Assembly: GCA_049653085.1 (NCBI GenBank)
Contig: JBASFP010000087.1
Span: 75,418-99,417 of the forward strand
Length of the DNA: 24,000 bases
Direction of reading: 5' to 3'
Origin: Polaromonas sp.
GTDB lineage: Bacteria > Pseudomonadota > Gammaproteobacteria > Burkholderiales > Burkholderiaceae_C
The notes under the pieces were generated by a model that saw only the letters and a program-made list of their open reading frames with translations, made no database searches and was not told where the DNA came from. A program made the position numbers and the translations under genes. Numbering within the stretch: position 1 is the first letter of the stretch; every line of letters starts with the position of its first letter. Shown here piece by piece: positions 22,973 through 24,000 of the stretch.

Positions 22973-23103
22973 TAACTGTGCATGGGTGTGTCTGGCGGAA
23001 TCTGTGGCGGGTTGCGGATCATCCAGCCCGGTTGATATACTGCACAAGCGCCGATTTGCTACAGCTTGCGGGCGCCTAATAAATTCAGCTAAAGACGCAT
23101 GCC

Positions 23104-23140
23104 AACCCGGCCTCGCCTTTAGCGATGTCGGGTTTTTTTA
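23104..23140 (+). terminator. Intrinsic terminator/attenuator hairpin in the metX leader
   Basis: AACCCGGC-c-TCGC-cttta-GCGA-t-GTCGGGTT followed by TTTTTA: 12 bp with one mismatch and a U-tract on the + strand only. It ends 18 nt before the metX ATG, and there is no upstream + strand gene for it to terminate. Confidence 0.65.
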
Positions 23141-23157
23141 TTGTCAGTGACCAAAAG

Positions 23158-24000
23158 ATGTTGATCGCCTCGCCTCAGTCCATGCATTTTGAAGCGCCGC
23201 TGCCACTGCAAAGCGGTGCGTCGCTGCGTGCCTACGACCTGAGCTATGAGACCTACGGCACGCTGAATGCCGACAAATCCAACGCGGTGCTGATCTGCCA
23301 CGCGCTCAATGCCTCGCACCATGTGGCGGGCGTGTACGCCGGGCAAGACAAGTCTGAGGGCTGGTGGGACACCATGATTGGCCCTGGCAAACCCGTCGAT
23401 ACGAATCAGTTCTTTGTGATTGGCGTCAACAACCTCGGTTCATGCTTTGGCTCGACCGGGCCGATGCAAACCAACCCCGACACTGGCAAGATTTACGGCG
23501 CTGACTTTCCGGTCGTGACCGTGCAGGACTGGGTCGATGCACAGGCGCGGCTGATGGATGGGTTGGGCATTCAAACCCTGGCCGCAGTCATGGGCGGGAG
23601 TCTGGGCGGTATGCAAGCTCTGAGCTGGACGCTGCAATATCCGCAACGGGTCAAGCATGCCGTGGTGGTGGCCAGCGCCCCCAACCTCACGGCCGAAAAC
23701 ATTGCCTTTAACGAAGTCGCGCGCCGCGCCATCGTCACCGACCCGGACTTCTGTGAAGGCCACTACGCCGCGCATGGCGTGCTGCCCAAACGCGGTTTGC
23801 GCATTGCCCGGATGATTGGGCACATCACTTACCTTAGTGACGATGTGATGAATGAGAAATTCGGCAGGCAGCTCAGAGAAATTTCGGGCACACACGCAAG
23901 CGGCTACAAGTTTTCAACTCAGGACGTCGAATTTCAAATCGAAAGTTATTTGAGATATCAGGGCGACAAGTTCAGCGAATACTTTGACGCGAACACGTAT
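23158..24000 (+). CDS. metX: Homoserine O-acyltransferase MetX (acetyl/succinyl), 3' end outside window
   Basis: Not in the ORF track because it has no stop in the window. My translation gives [23 protein letters not shown]...[16 protein letters not shown]...[35 protein letters not shown]...[12 protein letters not shown], and the frame stays open to 24000. Confidence 0.9.
   Translation, partial: MLIASPQSMHFEAPLPLQSGASLRAYDLSYETYGTLNADKSNAVLICHALNASHHVAGVYAGQDKSEGWWDTMIGPGKPVDTNQFFVIGVNNLGSCFGSTGPMQTNPDTGKIYGADFPVVTVQDWVDAQARLMDGLGIQTLAAVMGGSLGGMQALSWTLQYPQRVKHAVVVASAPNLTAENIAFNEVARRAIVTDPDFCEGHYAAHGVLPKRGLRIARMIGHITYLSDDVMNEKFGRQLREISGTHASGYKFSTQDVEFQIESYLRYQGDKFSEYFDANTY

Noticed and set aside
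23040-23085. A possible sixth, inverted and degenerate copy of the dispersed repeat (gcgccgatttgct...agcttgcgggcgcc against the reverse complement cttgcgcccgtatttattggg).
   Set aside because: Only short patchy matches exist and they need indels. I treat the region as the metX leader instead, though a BLASTN with the repeat consensus should be run.
22973-23100. NtrC upstream activator sites for the amtB sigma-54 promoter.
   Set aside because: Only half-site-like fragments are present (GTGCA at 22977-22981, TGCAC at 23041-23045), with no dyad at proper spacing. They cannot be supported by eye.

Overview
This looks like a chromosomal segment from a high-GC Gram-negative bacterium. Protein signatures suggest a betaproteobacterium (Burkholderiales/Comamonadaceae-like), but that is inference only. 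I call 31 protein-coding genes (2 cut by the window edges) and 1 toxin remnant. I found no rRNA, tRNA, CRISPR array or transposase. Layout: (i) 1-1991 holds a NarL/LuxR regulator tail and a 7TM-receptor HisKA_3 kinase. (ii) 2103-4751 is a tight same-strand cluster of five uncharacterised exported or membrane proteins: a ricin-type lectin ending in (IVAGGAGN)x4, a TM2-domain protein, and a split gene pair whose two domains reappear fused in a third gene. (iii) 4912-8671 holds a transmembrane histidine kinase overlapping a Hanks Ser/Thr kinase that carries two C-terminal receiver domains. (iv) 14553-8692 is a run of eight co-directional minus-strand genes with two overlapped sub-operons: membrane protein/DinB-like/ATP-grasp, and lipoprotein hydrolase/NRDE/OlsB-like N-acyltransferase. 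(v) 15280-19121 is a visibly AT-richer toxin-antitoxin patch (PIN remnant with intact antitoxin, VapBC, ParDE) with an OYE reductase in between. (vi) The rest is housekeeping: gstA-like, DUF1328, transglutaminase-like, UPF0016, amtB with a sigma-54 promoter, and metX preceded by a terminator-containing leader. A 55-70 bp intergenic repeat occurs five times, always in the same orientation. The best candidates for something undescribed are the 2103-4751 envelope cluster and the kinase pair next to it. All functional calls come from reading motifs by eye; no database search was possible.
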